From: Desulfosporosinus sp. | GTDB lineage: Bacteria; Bacillota; Desulfitobacteriia; Desulfitobacteriales; Desulfitobacteriaceae | Reading direction: 5' to 3' | Assembly (NCBI GenBank): GCA_031292055.1 | Contig: JARLHV010000050.1 | Span: forward strand, 37,369 to 101,368 | Length of the DNA stretch: 64,000 nucleotides | Shown: piece after piece, positions 1 to 9,650 of the stretch | How the letters are laid out: each line of letters starts with the position of its first letter | How positions within the stretch are numbered: position 1 is the stretch's first letter | Position numbers and translations under genes: made by a program | Notes under the pieces: generated by a model | Told to the model about the DNA's origin: nothing | Database searches by the model: none | What the model saw: the letters and a program-made list of their open reading frames with translations, nothing else

Positions 1-2
1 CG

Positions 3-740
3 AAGTCTTTTGGTGGTTTAAAAGCGGTTTCGAATTTAAATATTGAGATTAACGAAGGCGAACTGATCGGTTTGATTGGTCCAAACGGAGCGGGAAAAAC
101 TACCGTCTTCAATTTACTCACAGGAGTTTATGATAAGACTGAAGGAAAAATGGAATTTCAGGACAAAAATATTAGCGGGCTTAAACCATATCAAGTTACC
201 CAGCGGGGGATGGCACGAACATTTCAAAATATTCGTTTGTTTAGTGATTTAACTGTCATCGATAATGTCAAGATTGCCTATCATCAACGGACGTCATATA
301 GCCTGGTAAGTACGCTTTTTCGTCTTCCGAGCTATTATTCAGGGGAAGAAGAAATGCAGCACAAAGCCATGGAGTTATTAAAGATATTTAACCTTGAAGA
401 TAAAGCAGAAGAGACGGCTAAAAACTTACCCTACGGAGAACAACGCCGCTTGGAAATCGCCCGTGCCTTGGGAACAGAACCTAAACTTCTGTTGCTTGAC
501 GAGCCAGCTGCTGGTATGAACCCCCAGGAAACACATGACTTAATGAATCTTATTCGTTGGATCAGGGAACAGTTTAAGCTAACGATTCTCTTAATCGAAC
601 ATGATATGTCCTTAGTGATGGGCGTCTGTGAACGCATCTATGTCTTGGATTATGGTATGATTATCGCGCAAGGTACACCAAGCGAAATTAAGAATAATCC
701 TAAAGTCATTGAGGCTTATTTAGGGGAGGAGGTTGTCTGA
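3..740 (+). CDS. livG: Branched-chain amino acid ABC transporter ATP-binding protein (5'-truncated by window edge)
   Basis: Frame is open from base 3 (KSFGGLKAVSNL...). Walker A GPNGAGKTT, signature variant LPYGEQRRLEIARAL, Walker B LLLLDEP; adjacent to livF. Confidence 0.93.
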   Translation, partial: KSFGGLKAVSNLNIEINEGELIGLIGPNGAGKTTVFNLLTGVYDKTEGKMEFQDKNISGLKPYQVTQRGMARTFQNIRLFSDLTVIDNVKIAYHQRTSYSLVSTLFRLPSYYSGEEEMQHKAMELLKIFNLEDKAEETAKNLPYGEQRRLEIARALGTEPKLLLLDEPAAGMNPQETHDLMNLIRWIREQFKLTILLIEHDMSLVMGVCERIYVLDYGMIIAQGTPSEIKNNPKVIEAYLGEEVV

Positions 741-1444
741 TGCTGGTACTTGAAGAGGTTAATGTTTATTACGGTGCCATTCATGCTCTAAAAGGGATCT
801 CCTTCGAGGTCAATCAGGGAGAAATAGTTACCCTTATTGGTTCAAATGGCGCAGGGAAAAGCACGAGTCTTAAGACAATCTCAGGATTATTGCGCCCAAA
901 AACGGGTAATATTACTTTCAAAGGTAAGAATTTGGCCAGCATTGCGCCTCAAGTGATTGTAGCTCAAGGGATATCCCAGGTTCCGGAAGGACGGCATGTG
1001 TTTGCTAATATGACGGTTATCGAAAACCTGGAGCTTGGGGCTTATTTGCGTAAGGATAAAGCAGGGATCAAGCAAGACATGCAACGCGTTTATGAGTTGT
1101 TTCCCCGTCTTCTCGAACGTAATGCACAAATTTCGGGTACCTTGTCCGGTGGGGAACAGCAAATGCTGGCTATGGGGCGGGCCCTTATGTCGAAACCTCA
1201 GCTCCTTCTTCTCGATGAGCCCTCCATGGGTTTAGCACCTATTTTAGTTAAACAAATTTTTTCAATTATCAAGGAGATTAATGCAAGTGGAACGACTATT
1301 TTACTTGTAGAACAGAATGCTCATATGGCGCTTTCAATTGCAAATCGGGCCTATGTACTTGAGACAGGAAAAATTGTGCTTTCTGGAGATTCCAAACAAT
1401 TAGCGGCCAGCGAAGAAGTTCGCAAGGCCTACCTTGGGGGATAA
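740..1444 (+). CDS. livF: Branched-chain amino acid ABC transporter ATP-binding protein
   Basis: GSNGAGKST, LSGGEQQMLAMGRALM, LLLLDEPSMGLAP; start overlaps the livG stop (TGATG). Confidence 0.93.
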   Translation: MLVLEEVNVYYGAIHALKGISFEVNQGEIVTLIGSNGAGKSTSLKTISGLLRPKTGNITFKGKNLASIAPQVIVAQGISQVPEGRHVFANMTVIENLELGAYLRKDKAGIKQDMQRVYELFPRLLERNAQISGTLSGGEQQMLAMGRALMSKPQLLLLDEPSMGLAPILVKQIFSIIKEINASGTTILLVEQNAHMALSIANRAYVLETGKIVLSGDSKQLAASEEVRKAYLGG

Positions 1445-1484
1445 GATCCCAGCCTGAATTCAAAAGAGAAAGGGGTAAAGTAAA

Positions 1485-2111
1485 ATGTATGTGCGCCAAT
1501 TCATGACATCTCAGGTTTTTACGGTAAGTCCAGAGAAATCTATCGCAGATACAATGACCTTTATGCGCGAGAAAAGAATCAATAAGTTGCCGGTTCTAGA
1601 GAAGGGTAAACTTGTAGGTTACCTGACAGATGGGGATCTTCGCGAGGTTTCTCCTTCTCCCGCTACAACGTTAAGTATTTTTGAACTTAATTATCTCATA
1701 GCGAAAACTCCTATTCGTGAAGTAGCGGTGAAAAAGGTGATGAGCTGCCATCCCGACACAACGATTGAGGATGCTGCTTTGTTAATGCGGGAACATAAAA
1801 TCAGTGGATTGCCTGTACTTGAAGAGGGTAAATTGATCGGTATTATTACAGCATCCGATATTTTAGATGCCTTTCTAGATATTATGGGATTTCGCAGTCC
1901 CGGCCAGCGTGTGGTAATAGAAACAAAGGATGGAACTGGTGTCATGTTGGACCTTGCCGTTACAATCAAGCAATTTGATGTTGATATTGCGAGTTTCGCA
2001 GTATACCATCTGAAGGAGAATCAGGTTCAGATTCTTGCACGCCTCCAGGGTGAACAAGTAGCTGAGGTTAAAGCCTCCCTAAAAGAAAAAGGGTATCGCG
2101 TTAGAGATTGA
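1485..2111 (+). CDS. CBS-pair + ACT domain protein (AcuB-like)
   Basis: Two CBS repeats (LPVLEKGKLVG, LPVLEEGKLIGIIT) and a C-terminal ACT-like segment; usual neighbour of liv operons in Firmicutes. Confidence 0.85.
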   Translation: MYVRQFMTSQVFTVSPEKSIADTMTFMREKRINKLPVLEKGKLVGYLTDGDLREVSPSPATTLSIFELNYLIAKTPIREVAVKKVMSCHPDTTIEDAALLMREHKISGLPVLEEGKLIGIITASDILDAFLDIMGFRSPGQRVVIETKDGTGVMLDLAVTIKQFDVDIASFAVYHLKENQVQILARLQGEQVAEVKASLKEKGYRVRD

Positions 2112-2128
2112 TATCTGAATAAAGGAAT

Positions 2129-2164
2129 AAAGAAAGTTACTGGATGAATCCAGTAACTTTCTTT
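2129..2164. terminator. Intrinsic terminator, probably bidirectional
   Basis: Perfect inverted repeat AAGAAAGTTACTGGA-tgaa-TCCAGTAACTTTCTT after the CBS gene. Confidence 0.85.
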
Positions 2165-2239
2165 ATTCGTAATACAGGATATAATATGAAGTAAGTTATT
2201 ATGAAGAAATAGGTTAGAGGAAGATGAGGAGATGGGCCA

Positions 2240-2665
2240 ATGTATCTTTTTAATCGTTCTATTTCTGTCAATGTCTGCTTAGAAGGCGAAACAACGCTAA
2301 TAGTGAATGGAGTTTTTATAGACAGTAACCATGAACTCTGTATAACTCTTGCAGCCGATCTAAAGAGTTATACGATTACTTCAGCTGATGGTGAACTTCG
2401 GCGCGCTCCCCATCCAGATTGTGTACACACTCAGAAACTAATTAGAGAGCTTGTAGGGGTTAACCTGAATCATAACGTCCGAAGGCAGATTCAAGCGGCA
2501 GTCGGGTTAGAGCACGGCTGTACTCATTTAACGGATCTAACACTTGAATGTGTGAAAGGGTTACTTCAGGCCAAATTTCAGTTGATGCATCGTACAATGT
2601 CGCCTGCTGAAATGACGATCCAAGCGGAACAAAAGCTCAAAGGAAGCTGTTTACACTATAAGTAG
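2240..2665 (+). CDS. DUF2889-like protein
   Basis: Conserved GCTHLTDL motif, HELCITL and PHPDC segments, C-terminal SCLHY. Confidence 0.7.
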   Translation: MYLFNRSISVNVCLEGETTLIVNGVFIDSNHELCITLAADLKSYTITSADGELRRAPHPDCVHTQKLIRELVGVNLNHNVRRQIQAAVGLEHGCTHLTDLTLECVKGLLQAKFQLMHRTMSPAEMTIQAEQKLKGSCLHYK

Positions 2666-2693
2666 GATTAGATCATCACAAGAGATAAATTCA

Positions 2694-2837
2694 CTATTTT
2701 TGTCCGGGCTTGGAATAAGCAATTAAGATGGTCTCTTGACCTGTGGGATGAGATGTATTGAATTTTGTTTCTAAAGCCTTAACATCATCAATTTGGTTGT
2801 TCGATAAATCAGAAAACAAGATTTCACTGCGGTCCAT
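2694..2837 (-). CDS. Small hypothetical protein, 47 aa (absent from ORF track)
   Basis: RBS GAAAGGAG 8 nt before ATG; MDRSEILFSDLSNNQIDDVKALETKFNTSHPTGQETILIAYSKPGQK, ends in TAG. Confidence 0.55.
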   Translation of the reverse strand: MDRSEILFSDLSNNQIDDVKALETKFNTSHPTGQETILIAYSKPGQK

Positions 2838-3071
2838 AGTAATAACTCCTTTCATTTACATTACTTGCGCTTGCGTTTAATCAAGTACTTAAACATACTT
2901 TGAAACTAAAGAAAAAAACAAACTAAACATGGCTACATACTCATTGTGCCCAAATTCATAGAAGTATATACCTTCTAATCTTTATGATATCCAGGGCAAG
3001 AATATATATTCAATAATTTGATATGTACTTTCATAATAAGAGGGAATGTGTTATATTATTGTCGACAGAAT

Positions 3072-3169
3072 GGGGATGGATGGTGGCTGGTGCTGCTCCC
3101 GGACTTCAAATCCGCGTGTCGGGACGCAGAACGTTCCGAGGTGTGTTCGATTCGCACGCATCCCCGCCA
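3072..3169 (+). tRNA. selC: tRNA-Sec (anticodon TCA)
   Basis: 98 nt; GGACTTCAAATCC anticodon arm, long variable arm, GTGTG-TTCGATT-CGCAC T arm, acceptor GGGGATG/CATCCCC, ends GCCA. Confidence 0.92.
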
Positions 3170-3434
3170 TTAGTCGTAGTTTGCAATTTAAACACGCCTC
3201 AAGATATGCTTATCTAAACTTGAGATAGAGGTAAAATTTCTCTCAACACTAATTCTTCAATAAGGTTTCAGTGTCAAGGCAGCGAAAAGCTGTCTTTTTG
3301 ATTTCCCTGGTTGACAGTTGCTTTATCCGGCAGGATTTTTGATAGTTTAAACCGAATATTATGAGTTAGTTAAACGATGAGTTGAGCTGAGTTGACTTAA
3401 TTAGGAAACAGCGATCAATTTATTAGGGAGGAGA

Positions 3435-4178
3435 ATGCAAATGAATCTTATTGATGTGCTCATTTTAGGGTTTGTTTTGTTGGGAGCCTTACATGGTTAT
3501 CAAAGAGGGCTTATAACAAGCATTGTCAATTTTTTGAGTAGCATTGTAGGCTTTGTAGTAGCGTCATGGGAATACATGGTTGCCCTTCACTGGGCTGAAC
3601 AATATTTTTCACTTCAGTCATGGTTAGAACCTGTGATCTATCGAGCGATCCTACCATCAGTTCAGTCCAAAGCTTCATCTTTGCAACAACAGGCTTTAGG
3701 AAATATTCTGGGGGCTCTACCTCCCGAATGGAGCAACATTTTTGCTTCGTTGAACCTAGATGGTGTACAGATGCCACAAGCTATAGAACAAGTGACACAT
3801 CGTTTGGCGGGGACGCTCGCAGAGCGCATTCTAAGCCTCATCGCCTTTGTCTGCGTTTTTTTTGTGGTGGTGATGGTGATTCAGTTGTTGGTCGCGATTC
3901 TTCTGCGTTCTTTTGGTAGTTGGGGTGGGGCTTTTAATCGCGGCGGAGGTCTATTGTTTGGGGGGTTAAGTGCTCTGATTGGTCTGGCTGTTTTGGCGGG
4001 GGTGTGTTCCCCTCTTTTGAAATTGGGGGCAGGTGGAAGTATTCCGGATCTCATTCAGAATTCAAGCTTCTATCCTTATTTAGTGGGGATCTTTCAGGCC
4101 TTGGACCAAGCATTTTCCGCTCAACTCAGTCAAAAACTACTCGAACCGCTTTCACTTGGCAAAGGGGTCTGGTTTTAA
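3435..4178 (+). CDS. CvpA-family membrane protein
   Basis: N-terminal NLIDVLILGFVLLGALHGYQRGLI and later NRGGGLLFG motif; several hydrophobic segments. Confidence 0.8.
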   Translation: MQMNLIDVLILGFVLLGALHGYQRGLITSIVNFLSSIVGFVVASWEYMVALHWAEQYFSLQSWLEPVIYRAILPSVQSKASSLQQQALGNILGALPPEWSNIFASLNLDGVQMPQAIEQVTHRLAGTLAERILSLIAFVCVFFVVVMVIQLLVAILLRSFGSWGGAFNRGGGLLFGGLSALIGLAVLAGVCSPLLKLGAGGSIPDLIQNSSFYPYLVGIFQALDQAFSAQLSQKLLEPLSLGKGVWF

Positions 4179-4307
4179 ACGTAAACCAGCGCTACTGCTA
4201 AGGGCATGTGGTTTAGCACAGCGAATATATTGAACGGAGAAGTAGCAAACTTAGGTTGATAATGAAAAACGAATTAAAGGATAGTATAGAAGAGAGCGAT
4301 TTAGACG

Positions 4308-5195
4308 ATGAATGTCTCATGGATTCCAGAAACTATCAGTGATTTAAATTGGTATAAATTAGGAATTGATGTTTTAAATACCGTACTTTATCTTATAGTT
4401 GTTATTGTTGTAGCACGTCTTGCGTACGGATTGGCTATTTATCTGCTAAAGCGTGTGTTAGTGGATCGAAAAGGTAAACATCTTCTGGATGAACGCAAAG
4501 GAAATACGCTATTTTCGCTCTTCCGAAGTTTATTATTTTACTTGATTAGTTTTACGGCTTTATTGTATAGTCTCAAACGCCTTTTTGACATTGATACAGG
4601 AGCATTACTAGCATCGGCTAGCGTTTTGGGGGTGGCATTAGGATTTGGTTCGCAGAGTTTGGTTAAAGATATTATTGGCGGTTTTTTTATCCTTTTTGAG
4701 AACCAGTTTTCAGTTGGAGAGACAGTAAAAACAGGAGAATTCATGGGGACGATTGAAGAAACTGGAATTCGGACGACCCGTATCAGGGCTTGGGGTGGAG
4801 AACTCCACATCATTCCCAATGGTAGCATTACAGCAGTTACGAACTTTAGTCGAGGAAAGATGTTAGCTAAGGTGGAAATTCAGATCCCCTATGATGAAGA
4901 TCTTGACCGCGCAATGGCAGTAATGAGTACTGTTTGCGAAGAAGTCAGCGCAGAGTTTGGTGAGAAAATTGTTGAAGCTCCTACAGTCCAAGGTGTAACC
5001 CAGTTTGGGGAGCGTAATGTTGTTTTACGTGTGGTTGCTTTCACCCAACCTGATGAGCAGTGGGGTCTGGAACGTGAACTACGTCGGCGCATCCACAGTT
5101 CCTTTTTAAAAGAAGGAATTCGTACACCACAATTCCAAAGTGTTATTATGACAGACCCTCTGAAGAGTTCATTCCAAGACGATAAAGTACGTTAA
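4308..5195 (+). CDS. Small-conductance mechanosensitive channel (MscS family)
   Basis: LGFGSQSLVKDIIGGFFILFENQFSVGETV, IIPNG, NFSRG motifs. Confidence 0.9.
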   Translation: MNVSWIPETISDLNWYKLGIDVLNTVLYLIVVIVVARLAYGLAIYLLKRVLVDRKGKHLLDERKGNTLFSLFRSLLFYLISFTALLYSLKRLFDIDTGALLASASVLGVALGFGSQSLVKDIIGGFFILFENQFSVGETVKTGEFMGTIEETGIRTTRIRAWGGELHIIPNGSITAVTNFSRGKMLAKVEIQIPYDEDLDRAMAVMSTVCEEVSAEFGEKIVEAPTVQGVTQFGERNVVLRVVAFTQPDEQWGLERELRRRIHSSFLKEGIRTPQFQSVIMTDPLKSSFQDDKVR

Positions 5196-5240
5196 AACTC
5201 TTTTGCAGTAAGTATAGTGTTATGTCCTAAAATCTCGCAT

Positions 5241-5573
5241 TTTTTTATACCTACAAGGAGAAACACTGTAAATACGCCTTGGAGAATTCTGAACGGGGAA
5301 CCACAGATTACACAGATTACACAGATTACGAACGATTCGATAGAAACACACAGACAAAGGATAAAGGGGATATTGAGTTACAAGCGATTTGTAGGTTAGA
5401 GCCAAAATGTATTTATTCTGTGTTAATCTGTGTAATCTGTGGTTGATTAACTGAGTACCTGAATAGTCACAAAAATAATGATTCGTAATTTAATTTGTAG
5501 GTATAATTTTTATACCTACAAAAACACCAAAATGCCAGTAAAATCAGGGTTTATTAATGTAGGTATAATTTTT
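5241..5573. repeat. Nested repeat cassette: 9-mer tandem inverted arms plus TATACCTACAA motifs
   Basis: CACAGATTA x3 (5302-5328) with reverse-complement arm at 5417-5444; TATACCTACAA or its reverse complement at 5246, 5495, 5511 and 5558. Confidence 0.8.
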
Positions 5574-5682
5574 CACGGGAATCAAGGTTATGTAACTTAG
5601 CGGAACAAAATGTGCGAAGTGCGAAGCGAAGTAAGATACTCAAGATTCGAACCTCGAACCGCGATTAAGGGGGAGCAAAGAG

Positions 5683-5886
5683 ATGATTCCGTTGAATGTA
5701 GGGGATATTGTTCGTCTTCGTAAACCGCATCCTTGTGGAAGTCTCGATTGGAAAGTGATGCGAACAGGGATGGACTTTAGGATTCAGTGTTTAGGCTGTC
5801 AACATCAAGCTTGGATTCCGCGTATCAAACTCGAACGCAATTTAAAGGAGATTTTAAAGCGGGCCGCTGAAAATGAGATGGATTAG
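5683..5886 (+). CDS. DUF951 (YyzM-like) protein
   Basis: VGDIVRLRKPHPCGS...RTGMDFRIQCLGC; conserved position upstream of ychF. Confidence 0.88.
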   Translation: MIPLNVGDIVRLRKPHPCGSLDWKVMRTGMDFRIQCLGCQHQAWIPRIKLERNLKEILKRAAENEMD

Positions 5887-5947
5887 TAGGGGAAAATCAC
5901 TTATAATCTGTAAAGATGGTTTGTCATATTTAAAGAGGAGGTAAAGC

Positions 5948-7048
5948 ATGACGTTACATGCAGGAATTGTTGGTTTGCCAAATGTCGGTAAATCAACGTT
6001 ATTTAATGCAATTACCCAAGCGGGTGCGGAGGCAGCAAACTACCCATTTTGCACCATTGATCCAAATGTGGGAATGGTAGAAGTGCCTGATTCCCGTTTG
6101 CAGAAACTAGCGGATATGGTTCATCCCAAAAAAATTGTTTCAGCTACCGTTGAGTTCGTGGATATTGCCGGACTCGTAAAGGGTGCCAGCAAAGGAGAAG
6201 GATTAGGAAATAAATTTCTATCCCATATCCGTGAAGTCGATGCTATTGTGCATGTTGTACGTTGTTTTGAGGACGAGAATGTGATTCATGTCGAGGGAAA
6301 TGTTAACCCTAAACGGGATATTGAGACGATCGATCTGGAGTTGGTCTTAGCGGACATGGAGAGTATCGAGCGGCGAGCGGATCGTTCGTCGAAACTCTTA
6401 AAGACAGGAGATAAAAAGGCTCAAGGTGAAGTAGCTCTTTTGGAACGTCTAAAGGAAGTCTTTAATCAGGGCAAAGGGGCTCGTTTTTTGACTTATACGG
6501 ACGAGGAGCGAGCAATTCTGAAAGGGATTGCGCTTTTAACTCTAAAACCAGTGCTCTATGTCGCGAATGTCAGTGAAGATGGCCTCGCTAAGGCTGCGGA
6601 TAATCCCTATGTTCAACAAGTTATGGCGATCGCGGCGGAAGAGGGCGCAGAAGCTGTTGTGGTTTGTGCCCAGATTGAAGCAGAGATCGCGGAACTTGAA
6701 GAGGATGAGAAAGAGGTTTTTTTACAAGACTTAGGGCTCGGAGAGTCAGGACTGGACCAATTGATTAAGGTTGCTTTTCATTTGTTAGGACTGATGACGT
6801 TTTTCACTGCCGGTCCTATGGAGGTCAAAGCATGGACAATTCATCAAGGCACGAAGGCACCCCAAGCTGCAGGGGTAATTCATACGGATTTTGAACATGG
6901 ATTTATTCGGGCTGAAGTTGTGGCGTATAAGGATTTCGTCGCCAACAATGGCTTAAACGGTGCTCGGGATAAAGGGTTAGTCCGCTTGGAGGGAAAAGAC
7001 TATATTATGCGCGATGGGGACATTGTTCACTTCCGGTTTAACGTTTAA
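5948..7048 (+). CDS. ychF: Redox-regulated ATPase YchF
   Basis: [38 protein letters not shown]-terminal [11 protein letters not shown]. Confidence 0.97.
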   Translation: MTLHAGIVGLPNVGKSTLFNAITQAGAEAANYPFCTIDPNVGMVEVPDSRLQKLADMVHPKKIVSATVEFVDIAGLVKGASKGEGLGNKFLSHIREVDAIVHVVRCFEDENVIHVEGNVNPKRDIETIDLELVLADMESIERRADRSSKLLKTGDKKAQGEVALLERLKEVFNQGKGARFLTYTDEERAILKGIALLTLKPVLYVANVSEDGLAKAADNPYVQQVMAIAAEEGAEAVVVCAQIEAEIAELEEDEKEVFLQDLGLGESGLDQLIKVAFHLLGLMTFFTAGPMEVKAWTIHQGTKAPQAAGVIHTDFEHGFIRAEVVAYKDFVANNGLNGARDKGLVRLEGKDYIMRDGDIVHFRFNV

Positions 7049-7059
7049 CAATAAAATGA

Positions 7060-7088
7060 TTGCTTTTCGGAAAATATAATGGTATAAT
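7060..7088 (+). promoter_or_regulatory. SigA promoter of the rpsF-ssb-rpsR operon
   Basis: TTGCTT-17 bp-TATAAT with extended TG. Confidence 0.75.
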
Positions 7089-7110
7089 TTCTGCTTGGTA
7101 GTATAAATAT

Positions 7111-7157
7111 CCCTGCTCCGTTTAACGGGGCCGCTTAGTCCGAGGGGAGGTGCAAAT
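7111..7157 (+). ncRNA. S6:S18 ribosomal protein autoregulatory leader
   Basis: CCCTGCTCC...GGGGCCG...GGAGGTGCAAA directly before the rpsF ATG; resembles the Firmicute S6:S18 leader in which a conserved CCG precedes the stem that sequesters the RBS. Confidence 0.7.
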
Positions 7158-7445
7158 ATGAAAGCGTACGAATTACTTTATATCATCCGGCCAGATCTGG
7201 ATGAGGAGGCGACCACTGCACTGGTCGACCGTTTAAGTGGGCTCGTAGCCAGCAATGGCGGCGATAACTTGACGGTAGAAAAGTGGGGTAAACGTCGATT
7301 GGCTTATGAAATCCAAGACTATAAAGAAGGCCAATATATCCTGATGAACTTTGAAGGCGAAGGCCGTACATCTCAAGAAATCGAGCGGGTTATGAAAATT
7401 TCTGACGATGTAATCCGTTTTCTGACCGTAAGAAAAGAAGACTAA
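7158..7445 (+). CDS. rpsF: 30S ribosomal protein S6
   Basis: MKAYELLYIIRPDL...WGKRRLAYEI...VIRFL. Confidence 0.98.
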   Translation: MKAYELLYIIRPDLDEEATTALVDRLSGLVASNGGDNLTVEKWGKRRLAYEIQDYKEGQYILMNFEGEGRTSQEIERVMKISDDVIRFLTVRKED

Positions 7446-7463
7446 AAGGACGGTGGGGCACAT

Positions 7464-7874
7464 ATGTTGAATCGAGTCGTTTTGATTGGCCGTTTAACGA
7501 AAGACCCCGAGTTACGCTATACACCAAGTGGTGTAGCCGTTGCTAATTTTACTCTAGCGATTGATCGAAATTATAAAAATGCTCAGGGAGAACGAGAGAC
7601 GGATTTTATTCCTTGTGTGGTCTATCGCCAGCTTGCTGAGTTCTGTGCCAATTATTTGTCTAAGGGGAAAATGGCAGCCGCAGATGGTCGAATCCAGATT
7701 CGTACGTACACTGGCCAAGATGGCCAAAAACGATGGGTTACAGAGGTTATTGCAGAAAATGTTCATTTACTAAGTCCAAAGGACAGCGGGGGTGGGAGCA
7801 CGGAAGCGGGCTCTCCCAACAGAGCTGGCTCATTTGGACATGAAGTAAATTTGGATGATGACATCCCATTCTAA
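7464..7874 (+). CDS. ssb: Single-stranded DNA-binding protein
   Basis: [21 protein letters not shown]-terminal DDDIPF. Confidence 0.98.
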   Translation: MLNRVVLIGRLTKDPELRYTPSGVAVANFTLAIDRNYKNAQGERETDFIPCVVYRQLAEFCANYLSKGKMAAADGRIQIRTYTGQDGQKRWVTEVIAENVHLLSPKDSGGGSTEAGSPNRAGSFGHEVNLDDDIPF

Positions 7875-7896
7875 GTAAGGGAAGGGGAGAATTAGT

Positions 7897-8127
7897 ATGA
7901 AACGTGAACGCGGACGTCGCCCACGTAAGCGGGTATGCAGTTTTTGTGTGGATAAAGTTGTGTCTATGGATTACAAAGAGACACATAAAGTGCGCAAGTA
8001 TGTTACGGATCGTGGCAAAATATTGCCTCGCCGTATTTCGGGAAACTGCGCAATGCATCAGCGCCAAGTGACTTTGGCGATCAAACGGGCTCGAAGTATT
8101 GCCTTGTTGCCATATAGTGTCGAGTAG
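7897..8127 (+). CDS. rpsR: 30S ribosomal protein S18
   Basis: DYK...[18 protein letters not shown]...[13 protein letters not shown]. Confidence 0.98.
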   Translation: MKRERGRRPRKRVCSFCVDKVVSMDYKETHKVRKYVTDRGKILPRRISGNCAMHQRQVTLAIKRARSIALLPYSVE

Positions 8128-8153
8128 AAAAAGGGAGCGAGAGCTCCTTTTTT
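8128..8153 (+). terminator. Intrinsic terminator after rpsR
   Basis: AAAAAGGGAGC-gaga-GCTCCTTTTTT. Confidence 0.8.
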
Positions 8154-8368
8154 CAATTTTGAGTTTGTTACTTATTCCCCCCAGTCGCAGCGCAGCATAA
8201 CGGATGAAACGGATTGGCGAAATTTTCATGCTTGTGAAGTGCAGGAGATTTGGATGCTTATCACGAACTGTTTTATATAGTAGCTTTATATAGCAGCGTT
8301 TGAGTGATAATGTTCTGCATTAGTTGAACGAATGCACTGAGAAAAATGGACTTTAGGAGGGGGCAACC

Positions 8369-8680
8369 CTGGAACATGTTGAAGTTGATGTTGTAAAAGC
8401 CTTAAGAGCTATTGATGAACTAAAGGTCAATTTAATTCAGGCACAGTGGCTTATCCAACATGGCACACTGTGTGGTTCAGAGGCAGAGATGGTTCAGGGG
8501 TTGGCTGATCTTGTGGGAATGAGTTATTTGTTAGCAAGACGGTTGGGGTTTGACTTTTCCCGGCTGGATCGCATGCTTTTACAACGCCTTGAGGGATTAA
8601 GAGACGAAGATGAGATGAATCTTGAAAAGCAGTGGGGAGATCTAAGCTTGCTCTTGAGCTATCTCGCTCCTGAAGACTAA
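8369..8680 (+). CDS. MazG-like family protein, probable CTG start
   Basis: Frame is open from CTG at 8369 after RBS AGGAGG; (M)EHVEVDVVKALRAIDELK...GLADLVGMSYLLARRLGFDF. The ORF track shows only the last 63 aa. Confidence 0.65.
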   Translation: MEHVEVDVVKALRAIDELKVNLIQAQWLIQHGTLCGSEAEMVQGLADLVGMSYLLARRLGFDFSRLDRMLLQRLEGLRDEDEMNLEKQWGDLSLLLSYLAPED

Positions 8681-8702
8681 ATGTGTAGGAGAATGGGTAA
8701 CG

Positions 8703-9638
8703 ATGTATTTAAGTGATAAAACGGTTATGTACTATTTAGCTGGGGGGGTCCTAGTAACCTTTCCTTGGTTGGGGGTCACTTGGGGAACTTGGGGAATTCT
8801 TTGGGAAGCGCTCATGTTACTCGCCGTTTTTTTGGTTGGCCATCGAAGAGGGGTGTTTCTAGCCGCCGTTTTGCTGGCAATTGGCTACGTTACGCCGTCG
8901 GTTGTTTTAGGAATAACAGCCTTTAATCAGATGAGCTTCGTTCCTTTAGCGGGGTTAATAGGTGTTCTGGGTTTGCGTAAACATTGGCCAGTGCGCAGAA
9001 CCTTCTTCTGGGGTGCTATGTTGGCTGCAGTTTTAGGGGCGATACCAACTTTTTCTTTCCTGACACAAGGATTTGATGCCAACACTGTAAGTGACACGAT
9101 TAATACAATCGTTCAGCAATATCAAACGTCGGGATTATTGGTAGTGATGCAACAACAAGGGATTAGCGAGCTACAAGTTCGAGATTTACTGCAACAAGGA
9201 ATTCGCTTTTATGCTCTCATCATTCCCAGTTTTGCAGCGTTGTCTGCTTTTGTTGAGTTTGGCTTGGTTTTCTATATTGTTAGGCGTTGGTTTAAAGATG
9301 ATGAAGGGCGGATTCCCTTCACGCGTTGGAGTTTACCGTGGTATGCGGTTTGGGGTGCGGTTTTGGGAATTGCTTGCTATCTATTAGGTGATCAATTTTC
9401 GTGGATAATTCTGCGTGGCTTAGGAATCAACTTAATGGTTGTTTATGGGGCCGTAACCTTAGTGCTGGGGACTTCTGTTTATTTGTATTTGTTACAATCG
9501 CCTAAGATCCCTCGCTTTCTTAAATTCGCCTTAATCATAGCCAGTTTTCTTTATCTCTTCTTCAGTGTTATTAGTCTAATCATGTTTGGATTATTTGATC
9601 TTGTTTTTAATTTTCGTCGTTTACCAGAAGAATCGTAA
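8703..9638 (+). CDS. DUF2232 / YybS-family membrane protein
   Basis: Multi-TM protein with FTRWSLPW and GLFDLVFNFRR motifs; conserved position before rplI. Confidence 0.85.
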   Translation: MYLSDKTVMYYLAGGVLVTFPWLGVTWGTWGILWEALMLLAVFLVGHRRGVFLAAVLLAIGYVTPSVVLGITAFNQMSFVPLAGLIGVLGLRKHWPVRRTFFWGAMLAAVLGAIPTFSFLTQGFDANTVSDTINTIVQQYQTSGLLVVMQQQGISELQVRDLLQQGIRFYALIIPSFAALSAFVEFGLVFYIVRRWFKDDEGRIPFTRWSLPWYAVWGAVLGIACYLLGDQFSWIILRGLGINLMVVYGAVTLVLGTSVYLYLLQSPKIPRFLKFALIIASFLYLFFSVISLIMFGLFDLVFNFRRLPEES

Positions 9639-9650
9639 GGAGGAATTCAC

